The notes beneath the pieces were generated by a model. The model saw nothing but the letters and a program-made list of their open reading frames with translations. It was not told where the DNA came from and made no database searches. Below are positions 8,816-17,699 of a stretch of 26,429 nt of DNA, piece by piece; the stretch's first letter is position 1, and each line of letters opens with the position of its first letter. The translations under genes and the position numbers were made by a program. The stretch spans positions 1 through 26,429 of the forward strand of contig JBMFLH010000022.1 in the NCBI GenBank assembly GCA_049971295.1, read 5' to 3'. Source of the DNA: Candidatus Ratteibacteria bacterium (lineage in GTDB: Bacteria; Ratteibacteria; UBA8468; B48-G9; DTJG01).

Positions 8816-9420
8816 CAGAGGCATACTTTGTTTTCTTAAACGCTGTGGGGCTGATTGCATTTTCTTTTTCGGGCGCAATCAAGGGCATCATGAAAGAGCT
8901 TGACTTATTTGGAATTATTTTGCTTGGAATCGTCACAGCGCTTGGAGGAGGCGCTATCAGAGATATTATGGTCCAGAAAATACCTGTCATGTTGAGTGCT
9001 CCAAGTTATGTGCTTTTATCTCTTATCGGAGTAATTGCAGCAATTATTGTGAAGGGAAAAAGAAATATTGCGGTATATACAAAAGTCTTTCTTGTTTCAG
9101 ATGCCATCGGACTTGCCTCATTTACAGCAACAGGCTCTATCATTGCATATCAGAATGGACTGGGAATGATTGGTATGGTTGTTCTTGGAATGAGTACAGC
9201 CATCGGTGGAGGCATGATCAGGGATATCCTTGCCAATGAAGTGCCAATGGTATTAAATAAAGAGATTTACGCAACATGTTCCTTTGCTGGATGCATCGTG
9301 TTCTGGGCATGCTACAGGATATGCGACTTAAATTTGACTTCCTATCTTTCAATGACAACGGTTTTTGTTTTGAGAATCCTTGCCATCAGGTACAGGTGGA
9401 ACCTTCCTAAATTTTCTTAA
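8812..9420 (+). CDS. Trimeric intracellular cation channel family membrane protein (YadS/UPF0126)
   Basis: AFSFSGA, DLFG...TALGGGAIRD, DAIGLASF, TAIGGGMIRDILANEVP.VL.KEIYAT. Confidence 0.92.
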   Translation: MTEAYFVFLNAVGLIAFSFSGAIKGIMKELDLFGIILLGIVTALGGGAIRDIMVQKIPVMLSAPSYVLLSLIGVIAAIIVKGKRNIAVYTKVFLVSDAIGLASFTATGSIIAYQNGLGMIGMVVLGMSTAIGGGMIRDILANEVPMVLNKEIYATCSFAGCIVFWACYRICDLNLTSYLSMTTVFVLRILAIRYRWNLPKFS

Positions 9421-9467
9421 AAAAGCCATTCTGGAGTAAAATAATAATAGTATTAAGGAGAAAAACC

Positions 9468-10679
9468 ATGAATGACAGTAAAGAAATTGAAAGGCAATTT
9501 GAGATTATCAAAAAAAATACTGTAGATGTGATTGAGGAAGCAGAACTGAAGAAAAAACTTGAAAGAAGTATATCGACAGGAAAGCCCTTGAGGGTAAAGT
9601 ATGGCATCGACCCCACAAGCCCTGAGATACATATCGGACACATGGTTGTCATCAGGAAACTGCGTGAATTTCAAAATCTCGGACACAAGGTATTCTTTCT
9701 CATAGGGGATTTTACCGCAAGAATTGGAGATCCAACTGGAAGAAATGAGACAAGACCAATTCTTTCGAAAGAAGAAATAAAGAAAAATCTTGCCAATTAC
9801 ATTGAGCAGGTCAGCAAGGTTCTGGATGTGAATAAGGCAGAATTTGTTTACAATGGAAATTGGTTGAGTATCCTTTCAATTGAAGAATTTATCAAAATCG
9901 CATCCTGTTTTACAGTGGCTCAAATTCTTGAAAGGGATGACTTTTCAGCAAGATATAAATCAGGGAAAGCCATTTACTTCCACGAATTTATGTATCCGCT
10001 TTTTCAGGGATATGACTCAGTAGTTCTTGCATCAGACATTGAAATAGGAGCGACTGAACAGAAGTTCAATCTTCTTGCTGGTAGAACACTCCAGGAATTT
10101 TTTGGACAGGAAAAACAGGTTGTCATCACAATGCCAATTCTTGTTGGAACTGATGGAAAGTTAAAGATGAGCAAGACCTATAAGAACCACATTCCTGTCT
10201 CAACAACGCCCGATGATATGTTTGGAAAAATCATGTCAATCCAGGATAACCTGATGCAATCATACGCATCCCTGTTAACAGAACTCGACCTGAAAAGTTT
10301 TCAGCGCCTGGTAAAAGAAAACCCAAGGAAAGCAAAGGCACGTCTTGCAAGGAACATTGTAAGCCAGTTTTTTGGAGAAAAAGAGGCAGAGAAAGCAGAA
10401 GAAAATTTTGATAGAATTTTCAAAGAAAGACAATTACCTGAAGAAATCCCAGTGATTGAAATAGATTCAAAAAAACTTGGGGGGAAAAAAGCAAAAATCG
10501 TTGACATTCTGTTTATTGCAGGACTTGTTGAGTCAAAATCAGAAGCAAAGAGAATGATCCAGCAAAACGCAGTAAAAATTGATGGGCAGACGATTTCTGA
10601 CATTAACGCAGAAATAGAAATCAATGGAAAAATCGTGAAAGTTGGAAAAAGAAAATTTGCAAAGATTGCAATCGTGTGA
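9468..10679 (+). CDS. tyrS: Tyrosine--tRNA ligase
   Basis: GIDPT, HIGH, GDFTARIGDPTGR, YPLFQGYDS, KMSKT and a C-terminal S4 domain. Confidence 0.98.
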   Translation: MNDSKEIERQFEIIKKNTVDVIEEAELKKKLERSISTGKPLRVKYGIDPTSPEIHIGHMVVIRKLREFQNLGHKVFFLIGDFTARIGDPTGRNETRPILSKEEIKKNLANYIEQVSKVLDVNKAEFVYNGNWLSILSIEEFIKIASCFTVAQILERDDFSARYKSGKAIYFHEFMYPLFQGYDSVVLASDIEIGATEQKFNLLAGRTLQEFFGQEKQVVITMPILVGTDGKLKMSKTYKNHIPVSTTPDDMFGKIMSIQDNLMQSYASLLTELDLKSFQRLVKENPRKAKARLARNIVSQFFGEKEAEKAEENFDRIFKERQLPEEIPVIEIDSKKLGGKKAKIVDILFIAGLVESKSEAKRMIQQNAVKIDGQTISDINAEIEINGKIVKVGKRKFAKIAIV

Positions 10680-10703
10680 GAACGTGGAAAAAGGAGCAAT
10701 GAG

Positions 10704-11357
10704 ATGCAAAGCATAAGAAAACAACTTTGCAAATACGGCAAACTTGTACTTGAAAAAAATCTTGCTGCAGGACCTGGCGGAAATATCAGTGCAAGGGATG
10801 GAGAATTTGTGTATCTTTCACCCAGTGGCTTTGCCCTTGATGAAATAAAAGAAAGTCAGTGGGTGAAAATCAATCTGAAAACAGGAAAACAATACGGGTC
10901 ATTGAGGCCCAGCTGTGAAATTTCTATGCATATTGGTTGTTATCTTGCAAGACCTGATATTAATGCTGTCATTCACACTCATCCCCCTGTAACCCTTGGA
11001 TTGATATCAGCAGGTATTGAGCTGAAGCCGTTTTATCCTGACTTTGTCGCAATTCTTGGAAGAGAAATACCAGTGGTTGAGTATGTGATTCCAGCAGGTG
11101 AAGAAATCAGACAGGCAGTTGTTGAACAGATAAAGAAATACAATGTGGTACTGCTGAAAAATCACGGCGCAGTGTGCGTGGGCACCACATTGAAAGAGGC
11201 TTTTTCCCGGGCATGGATGACAGAAGAAACATCAAAAATGCAGGCAATTGGAATGATGGTTGGGAAAATCAGATACTTTACAGAAGAAGAAATCAAAGGC
11301 ATTGAAAACCTTGAGGCAGAAGATTACAGGAAAGCACTTTTGAAAAAACTGAAATAA
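10704..11357 (+). CDS. Class II aldolase/adducin family protein (L-fuculose-1-phosphate aldolase-like)
   Basis: GGNISAR, SPSG, PSCEISMH, AVIHTHP and LLKNHG (catalytic Glu and three Zn-binding His present). Confidence 0.9.
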   Translation: MQSIRKQLCKYGKLVLEKNLAAGPGGNISARDGEFVYLSPSGFALDEIKESQWVKINLKTGKQYGSLRPSCEISMHIGCYLARPDINAVIHTHPPVTLGLISAGIELKPFYPDFVAILGREIPVVEYVIPAGEEIRQAVVEQIKKYNVVLLKNHGAVCVGTTLKEAFSRAWMTEETSKMQAIGMMVGKIRYFTEEEIKGIENLEAEDYRKALLKKLK

Positions 11358-12571
11358 TGAATATTCGCATCCTTACTCCTTTCACAGCACAGGACGAATT
11401 AAAAAATATTGATGTTCATCCTGAAGGTATCCGTTTGATGGAGCCAAAAACCCGCCACTACTGCGTGAAAATCTCTGGCGTAAATGTCAAGCAGGCAAAT
11501 GTTATTAAACAGGAAGCCCTTGCTGTTGGTGCTGATGCAGCAATTCCATATTCTGTTTTGAATCTTGAAGACAAAATTGTTGACATTGTAATTATGGCAA
11601 CTCTAAAACAGTACAGGAAACTTGCAGAAAAACTTGAAAACCAGTTTTTCAACCTTAACAAAGTGGGATACAGGATTTTGCAGGCGATTGAAAATTACCA
11701 GAATCCCTGCGCGAAATTTTCTGTAAAAGGAAGAAACATTGAAATTAAAGATTTCATGATTATGGGAATTTTGAATGTGACGCCTGATTCATTTTCGGAT
11801 GGAGGGAAATATTACGGAGATATAGCCATTGCTGTTGAACGGGCGCTTGAAATGGAAAGAGACGGCGCTTCAATCATTGATATTGGAGGAGAATCCAGCA
11901 GACCAGGTGCAGAAAGTTTAAGCGAGCAAGAGGAAATGAAACGGGTGATACCTGTGATAAGAAAGCTGAGGCCGAAAACAGAGGTATTGATTTCTTGCGA
12001 TACATCAAGGTATTCTGTTGCAAAGGCAGCATTAGAAGAAGGTGCAGATATCATCAACGATATTTATGCTCTCAGGCGTGACGAAAAACTTGTGGAGATT
12101 GTTGCAAAAACAGGTTGTGGATTTGTTCTGATGCATATGAAGGGGACCCCTAAGGATATGCAGAAAAATCCTTTCTATCATGATGTGGTCGGTGAAATTG
12201 GGGAATTTTTCACCGAGAGAATAAATTTTGCTGTTGAAAATGGAGTAAAATCTCAATCTATCATTATTGACCCTGGTATTGGATTTGGGAAAAGAGTTGT
12301 TGACAATCTTGAAATTATCAAAAGATTGAGGGAATTTACCTGCTTTGGTTTGCCACTACTTCTTGGCACATCAAGAAAATCGTTTATCGGAAAGGTTGCA
12401 GATGAACAAAGTGTTGAAAATCGCTTGCCCGGAACCATTGCAAGTTGCGTTGCAGGTTATTCTGGTGGAGCGAAAATTTTCAGGGTTCATGATGTAAAAG
12501 AAGTGTGTCAGGCATTAAAGGTGGCGTGTGCAATCGAAAACTATGGAAAATACAAGAGTTCTTGCTCTTGA
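11357..12571 (+). CDS. folP: Dihydropteroate synthase with ~130-aa N-terminal extension
   Basis: MGILNVTPDSFSDGG, IDIGGESSRPGA, IINDI, LMHMKG, DPGIGFGK, GTSRKSFIG, RVHDV. Confidence 0.96.
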   Translation: MNIRILTPFTAQDELKNIDVHPEGIRLMEPKTRHYCVKISGVNVKQANVIKQEALAVGADAAIPYSVLNLEDKIVDIVIMATLKQYRKLAEKLENQFFNLNKVGYRILQAIENYQNPCAKFSVKGRNIEIKDFMIMGILNVTPDSFSDGGKYYGDIAIAVERALEMERDGASIIDIGGESSRPGAESLSEQEEMKRVIPVIRKLRPKTEVLISCDTSRYSVAKAALEEGADIINDIYALRRDEKLVEIVAKTGCGFVLMHMKGTPKDMQKNPFYHDVVGEIGEFFTERINFAVENGVKSQSIIIDPGIGFGKRVVDNLEIIKRLREFTCFGLPLLLGTSRKSFIGKVADEQSVENRLPGTIASCVAGYSGGAKIFRVHDVKEVCQALKVACAIENYGKYKSSCS

Positions 12572-12980
12572 TCTGGGCGAAAAAAGAATAGGAGTTGCCA
12601 TCAGCGACCAATACAGGACCATAGCGCGTGGGCTTGGAACCATCGAGGTCAATGGCAAAGAACATGAAAAAATCAAAGAAATTGTAAAAAAATACAATGT
12701 GGCGAGAATTGTATATGGTATACCGCTGCGAAACGATGGTTCTTTAAGCGCACGTGCTGAAAAAATGCTTTCCTTTGTCTCAAAACTTAGAAATATGTTG
12801 AAGGTGGAATTTATTCCGTGGGACGAGAGGATGACAACTGTGGAAGCAGAAAATATTTTGTTGATGGCTGACCTCAGCAGAAAAAAAAGAAAAAAAATCA
12901 GGGACAAACTCGCAGCTCAGATTATACTTCAAAGTTACCTTGATTCACTTTATCTAAAAGATAAAACACTGGAAGAATGA
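12543..12980 (+). CDS. ruvX: Holliday junction resolvase-like / pre-16S rRNA nuclease RuvX (YqgF)
   Basis: VLALDLGEKRIGVAISD, GIP, WDERMTT, DKLAAQIILQSYLD. Start could also be 12528. Confidence 0.95.
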   Translation: MENTRVLALDLGEKRIGVAISDQYRTIARGLGTIEVNGKEHEKIKEIVKKYNVARIVYGIPLRNDGSLSARAEKMLSFVSKLRNMLKVEFIPWDERMTTVEAENILLMADLSRKKRKKIRDKLAAQIILQSYLDSLYLKDKTLEE

Positions 12981-14170
12981 TAAAAAGGGTTATAAAACGT
13001 TATACCAGCATAATGTCAAAACTTCTAAATGGCATTACCTCTTTCAATGGTTCTACTATAGCCGGTTCAAACGCAGCAGGTTTCATTGATAAAGAAAGAG
13101 ACCTGGTGAAACTGGTGGAAAACTTGAAAAAGGAAAAAGAAATCGCTTTTGACATTGAGGGAAATTCCCTTTATCGTTATCACTCAAAAATCTGCCTGAT
13201 ACAGATTTCAATAAGAAGTGAAAATTTTATCATTGACCCTTTGAAAATAAAAGACACTTCTGCCCTGCACGAGGTGTTCACCAGTCCCAATATCGTGAAG
13301 GTGCTTCATGGCTCTGGTTATGACATACAGATGCTCTATCAGCAAGCAGGCATTATAATAAGAAATCTTTTTGACACCCAGATTGCTGCACAATTTCTTG
13401 GAGAAAAAAAGACAGGACTTGCCAGTTTGATTGAGAAAAATTTTCATGTCCGTCTTGACAAGAAATATCAAAAAAGCAACTGGGGAATAAGGCCCTTGTC
13501 TTCTGAAATGCTTGATTACGCAATTAGTGATACAAAGTATCTTTTGCCACTTGCCGACAGATTAAGAAAAAAACTGGAAAATATTAAGAGAATTGAATGG
13601 GTTATTGAAGAATGCGAAGAACTTGCCAGGTCAGTGCTGAAAAAAAAATTGGAAAAAACAAAAATGATCAGAGGAGCAGGAAAAATCCAGGGGAAAAAAA
13701 GGGCAATTGTGGAAGCAATCATTGAATTCAGGGATATGATTGCGAAGGAAAAAGACATTCCTCCTTTCAGAGTTCTTGATAAAGAAACAATTTTCAAAAT
13801 TGCCGCAACCGACCATCTTGACCTGAACAAACTGAAATTTTTGACATCTCATCATAGACATATTCAGAATCATCTCACAGCGTTGCTTGAAAAAATCAAA
13901 ACGTCTCCGATTAAGCACTACAAGACCGCCAGGCATAAAAAAGTACATCATCCTTTTTTTCATAAAAAAGCAGAAGAGCTTCATCAATGGAGGCAAGCAA
14001 AGGCAAAGACACTTGGAATACAATGCCATCTTGTATTATCCCATCATCAAATTGTTGCTCTTGCTTCGTCAAATATAAGTTCCTTAGAAGATATCGAAAA
14101 AATCGAATGCCTGAAAAAGTGGCAGAAACAAGAATTTGGAAAAGAGATATTTTCTTTGTTCAAAAACTGA
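12977..14170 (+). CDS. rnd: Ribonuclease D (DEDDy 3'-5' exonuclease with HRDC domains); start uncertain
   Basis: AFDIEG, CLIQIS, KVLHG..YD, LFDTQIAA, NWGIRPL, YAISD and HRDC (RD.IAKEKDIPPFRVL). Confidence 0.9.
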   Translation: MIKRVIKRYTSIMSKLLNGITSFNGSTIAGSNAAGFIDKERDLVKLVENLKKEKEIAFDIEGNSLYRYHSKICLIQISIRSENFIIDPLKIKDTSALHEVFTSPNIVKVLHGSGYDIQMLYQQAGIIIRNLFDTQIAAQFLGEKKTGLASLIEKNFHVRLDKKYQKSNWGIRPLSSEMLDYAISDTKYLLPLADRLRKKLENIKRIEWVIEECEELARSVLKKKLEKTKMIRGAGKIQGKKRAIVEAIIEFRDMIAKEKDIPPFRVLDKETIFKIAATDHLDLNKLKFLTSHHRHIQNHLTALLEKIKTSPIKHYKTARHKKVHHPFFHKKAEELHQWRQAKAKTLGIQCHLVLSHHQIVALASSNISSLEDIEKIECLKKWQKQEFGKEIFSLFKN

Positions 14171-14233
14171 TAGATAACTCTTACCAGTTTCGTAGGGCTC
14201 TACTGCCTCATATAAAATTCTAAAAACCTTTTT

Positions 14234-14368
14234 GATATAATTTTGTGTTTAAGGATGGCAATAGGACTTGACCAGATGGATATAAATGTTGCAGATATGG
14301 ACAGAGATAATGACGTGGATATCAGCGATGTCGTATTGATTTTGAGAAAGACGATAGGGCTTGATTGA
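14234..14368 (+). pseudogene. Orphan dockerin type I / EF-hand-like repeat fragment (or 37-aa mini-protein from ATG 14255)
   Basis: Manual translation: DIILCLRMAIGLDQMDINVADMDRDNDVDISDVVLILRKTIGLD*. It carries one Ca-binding loop DxDxDxxVDxxD plus two matching helices. In-frame stop at 14213-14215 upstream. Confidence 0.8.
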
Positions 14369-14370
14369 TA

Positions 14371-14952
14371 TCAACCATTATTAACCAAAATTGTCATCAA
14401 AATTCCAGGAATAATCCCCACCGTGAGATTGTCGTCAATTTTTAGTGGCAATACTTCAAGGATACATCCAACAAGAACTCCGACAAACAAAACTTCAAAT
14501 GGTATCGCAAACCGAAAAGAAAGAAGAAGTCCAATGATGCTATTGATAATAATTCCTCCAAGCATTCCTTCCATTGTTTTACCAGGAAAAATCTGAAGTT
14601 TTCCGTATTTTGAACCAATTACTGCGCTTGCGGCATCTCCGAATGTAAGAAAAAATAAATTAGCGACAGCAACAGGAAATGGAAAATACAAAACAGAAAT
14701 AAATGTTGCTATCATGAAATTCGTATCGCCTGTAAGAACACCGGGTTTCGTCTTGAAAACACCAGGAGAATGTCTCAAAAGCCAGTTCCAGAAACCAGGG
14801 TGAAGATATCTCTCAAATTCCATCAAAAGAAGCCAGAATAAAAAAAAGGAAGTAATCAAGCCAGGCACAAGAGGGTCTCTTGTCAAAATATACACAAATG
14901 GAACAAGCCCTCCCAGAACAATTCTATACAATTTCCTTTTCCAGAGAATCAA
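14371..14952 (-). CDS. CTP-dependent diacylglycerol/polyprenol (phytol/dolichol) kinase family membrane protein
   Basis: RKLYR, LTFGDAASAVIGSKYG, PGKTMEG, LE......DDNLTV. Confidence 0.85.
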   Translation of the reverse strand: MILWKRKLYRIVLGGLVPFVYILTRDPLVPGLITSFFLFWLLLMEFERYLHPGFWNWLLRHSPGVFKTKPGVLTGDTNFMIATFISVLYFPFPVAVANLFFLTFGDAASAVIGSKYGKLQIFPGKTMEGMLGGIIINSIIGLLLSFRFAIPFEVLFVGVLVGCILEVLPLKIDDNLTVGIIPGILMTILVNNG

Positions 14953-15524
14953 TGTGCTCTCCTCATTTCTTTGAATGCCTCACGGTTGATAAAAATGTTG
15001 GTGAAAATCAGGAGCAATGTTGAAACTGCGAGCTTTGTAAAAACATGTGGATAAATCTGCCAGAGTATCACAAAAAATAAAATCACCTCAGAAAGAATGA
15101 TTTTTAATGAACGCGGATTGAGTATTTGTGCAATGAACCAGAAACCAAGTATAAAGGGAAACACAAGAGGTGCAAGATATAGCATCACTCCACCCATAGT
15201 GGCAATACCTTTTCCGCCTTTGAATTTCAGAAAAACTGGATAACAATGTCCGATAACAGCAGAAATCCCAATGATTGTTAAAAGGATTTCATTTGTAATA
15301 CCATAAAATTTCGCCACAGCCATAATTCCAGCGCCTTTGATTGTGTCGCCCAGCCAGACAATAATTCCCCACTTTTTGCCAATTTCCCTTGCAACATTTG
15401 CTGCTCCAGGATTTCTGGTGCCAATTTCGCGGATGTCTTTACCTGTCAGAAAGAAAGCAAATAGATATGCAAAGGAAATACTTCCGATGATATAGCCAGC
15501 GATGATAAAAAGAATTAATTCCAT
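14949..15524 (-). CDS. plsY: PlsY-family acyl-phosphate:glycerol-3-phosphate acyltransferase-like protein
   Basis: YIIGSI, DIREIGTRNPGAANVAR, D.IKG and GHCYPVFLKFKGGKGIAT. C-terminal motif is divergent. Start set at ATG 15524. Confidence 0.8.
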   Translation of the reverse strand: MELILFIIAGYIIGSISFAYLFAFFLTGKDIREIGTRNPGAANVAREIGKKWGIIVWLGDTIKGAGIMAVAKFYGITNEILLTIIGISAVIGHCYPVFLKFKGGKGIATMGGVMLYLAPLVFPFILGFWFIAQILNPRSLKIILSEVILFFVILWQIYPHVFTKLAVSTLLLIFTNIFINREAFKEMRRAH

Positions 15525-15601
15525 CAACAAAATTATACCTGCTATTTTATATTCTGACAATGGTAAGAATTGAGCAAGAACCTTTGTCCTTTACTCCTTT
15601 C

Positions 15602-15620
15602 CTCTCCCGTCAAGGGAGAG
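15602..15620. repeat. REP-like hairpin CTCTCCC-GTCAA-GGGAGAG
   Basis: Perfect 7-bp GC-rich stem in the divergent plsY/GNAT intergenic region. Confidence 0.6.
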
Positions 15621-15692
15621 TAAAAATAAAATCAAGGGATTGGGTGATGTTTTCGGACATATTCCTAATTGTCTCTGTGGTAAAATAAATTT

Positions 15693-16310
15693 GTGGAATA
15701 CAGAACAGCAAGGATTTCAGATTTACGGGAGGTCGCGAGACTATACATTGATGGGTTCAAATATCAATTGCATACAATCTTTGGTAGACATATCCCTGAG
15801 AAAATTTTTATTGATTTTCTTTCGCGCGTGAGAAAATTTGAAAAAAATGGATTTATTATTGCCTGTGAAAATAAAGAAATTATTGGTTTTACCATTATGA
15901 GTGTCAATCCATTCAATCTTTATGGGAAGATTTTTCTTTTGAGTTTTTTTCCTTCGGTTTTCAGTTTGATTTCAGGTAAATACAGGGGGATTTGTTTTCA
16001 CAGGGCACTAAAATCGTTTTTTGACTTTGTGAGATTTTCTCAAAAAAGCAGTATCGCGAACAAAAAGTATAAGGATGCAGGCCAGGTAATTACAATGGTC
16101 GTTTGTGAAACTATGCGGGGTAGAGGTATAGGAGGGCATCTTTTACTTCAAGGGCTTGACTACCTGAAAAAATATAAAAAATTCGTAAAACTTGAGGTCA
16201 GGCAGGATAACCTTCCAGCAATTCATCTTTACAAAAAAAATGGCTTCATAGAAACAGGGGTCATCCATTCAAAAGTTGGTTCCTCCTTTGTAATGGTCAA
16301 GCATTTATAG
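15693..16310 (+). CDS. GNAT-family N-acetyltransferase
   Basis: Acetyl-CoA loop MRGRGIGGHLL and LEVRQDNLPAIHLYKKNGF. Confidence 0.9.
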   Translation: MEYRTARISDLREVARLYIDGFKYQLHTIFGRHIPEKIFIDFLSRVRKFEKNGFIIACENKEIIGFTIMSVNPFNLYGKIFLLSFFPSVFSLISGKYRGICFHRALKSFFDFVRFSQKSSIANKKYKDAGQVITMVVCETMRGRGIGGHLLLQGLDYLKKYKKFVKLEVRQDNLPAIHLYKKNGFIETGVIHSKVGSSFVMVKHL

Positions 16311-16370
16311 CAAAAACACTCATTTTATTGAGCAACGCACTTGCCTTGACAAAATTTTTATAAATGAAGT

Positions 16371-16712
16371 CCCTGCTGTCCAATAAAAACCTTATGAATT
16401 TTTGTAATGACAACCCCCAAGGGTAAGGTAGAATAGAGAGAAGAACTCCACCATTACCCAGGGAGGTTGTCTATGAAATATATCAGCACAATTTTCAATC
16501 AATTGCTGAATATGTTACCGGGGTATCAGTTTGAACAGGTTGTTAGGAGAGAGCAAGCGGATAGATATACCAAACACTTCACAGCGTGGAAGTTGCTGGT
16601 AAATCTATGCGCACAGATAACAGGAAAGAAGAGCTTAAGAGACATAGAGACGGGATTGAAGATGCAGCAGAATGCGTTTCCCCGGGCAAAATTCAGAAAG
16701 ACCAAGGGGTAA
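16371..16712 (+). mobile_element. IS4-family (DUF4372-type) insertion sequence, left-end remnant
   Basis: CCCTGCTGTCCAATAAA at 16371 resembles the terminal repeat of this IS4 group as I recall it. It is followed by an AGGGAGG RBS and an N-terminal transposase fragment. Confidence 0.65.
16467..16712 (+). pseudogene. IS4-family transposase N-terminal (DUF4372) fragment
   Basis: STIFNQLL..LP...F...V....ADRYTKHFTAW......AQITGKKSLRDIETGL; no DDE domain follows. Confidence 0.8.
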
Positions 16713-16897
16713 AAGTGGCACAAACGGTAATCGGATTGCAGGAACCTGCTGAACTGAACCAGATGAACATACCTTTTCCACCAATTATGATGAGAACAAT
16801 TTATACATCATTGCCTATGATGTGATAGACAGAAGATAGTTTTTTAACGATATCAGGTGTATTTGCTATTTTTTGCATCAAGTGATAAAACATACAT

Positions 16898-17692
16898 GTG
16901 GATAGAAATCATTGGTGCAAAAAAGGTATCGCGCTGACTGAGTTGATTATCTTTATCGTGATTTTTTTGATCATCGCAGGAATCAGTTTCAGACTTGTCT
17001 ATTCTGTCAATCAAAAGGCAAAAATTGTCAAAGCAAAATCAGAAATTACCCAGTTTGCCATTGCCCTTGAAAATATGAAAGATGATACGGGTTATTACCC
17101 TGTTCGACTTGGAGCAATTTTTGACAAAAACCCACCAGCAGGTATGGAAAAAAATTGGAATGGTCCATATGCAACAAAAATGAAAGATATGGTCAATGAT
17201 GATACCCCACTTGATCCATGGGGAAATCCCTATTTTTACCAGATTCCGTTGACAGATGTTCCTCCTGTTACTTATATTCAGACACCAGAAATTGGCAGAT
17301 TTACAGGTTCACCGAGAACATACACATATAATTTCACTGCACCTGCAGGATCTGCATATTTAACTTTAATAAACTATGGAATTACAGCAGGGGAGATTCG
17401 TTTGAATGGAGCTATTATCATAGATCAGCGTGAATTTAAGAATCATCCATACCCTCAAATTATCATAAAAAATGTAACCTTACTCGGTGGTGTAAATACA
17501 CTGTCCTGCTGGATTTCCAGCACACCACAAGATTATTATTCTGTTTCTATCGGGAATCCTGTAACAAAAGCGTATCTTCCTACATCTGATTTTTTTCTCA
17601 TCGGTAGTTACGGCAGGGATAAAAAAAGCGGTGGAAAGGGTTTTGACAGGGATATAATTTATAATTCAAAAACATATCCAAACTTCCAGTGA
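16898..17692 (+). CDS. Type II secretion major pseudopilin GspG-like protein with an inserted domain
   Basis: Prepilin-like KKG|IALTE plus hydrophobic helix; D.GYYP, NWNGPY, DPWGNPY and C-terminal SYGRD...GG.GFD.DI. Confidence 0.82.
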   Translation: MDRNHWCKKGIALTELIIFIVIFLIIAGISFRLVYSVNQKAKIVKAKSEITQFAIALENMKDDTGYYPVRLGAIFDKNPPAGMEKNWNGPYATKMKDMVNDDTPLDPWGNPYFYQIPLTDVPPVTYIQTPEIGRFTGSPRTYTYNFTAPAGSAYLTLINYGITAGEIRLNGAIIIDQREFKNHPYPQIIIKNVTLLGGVNTLSCWISSTPQDYYSVSIGNPVTKAYLPTSDFFLIGSYGRDKKSGGKGFDRDIIYNSKTYPNFQ

Positions 17693-17699
17693 GGGAAAA

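Noticed and set aside
9420..9467. T-box riboswitch upstream of tyrS
   Set aside because: The intergenic gap is only ~47 nt, with no T-box consensus or terminator.
16774..16839. Peptide FSTNYDENNLYIIAYDVIDRR* resembles the Cas2 N-terminus (YIIAYDV.D.RR)
   Set aside because: It stops immediately, has no start codon, and no cas genes or array are in the window. It fits a CBM9-type YDxxNLYxAxxV strand equally well, so it is probably gene debris or chance.
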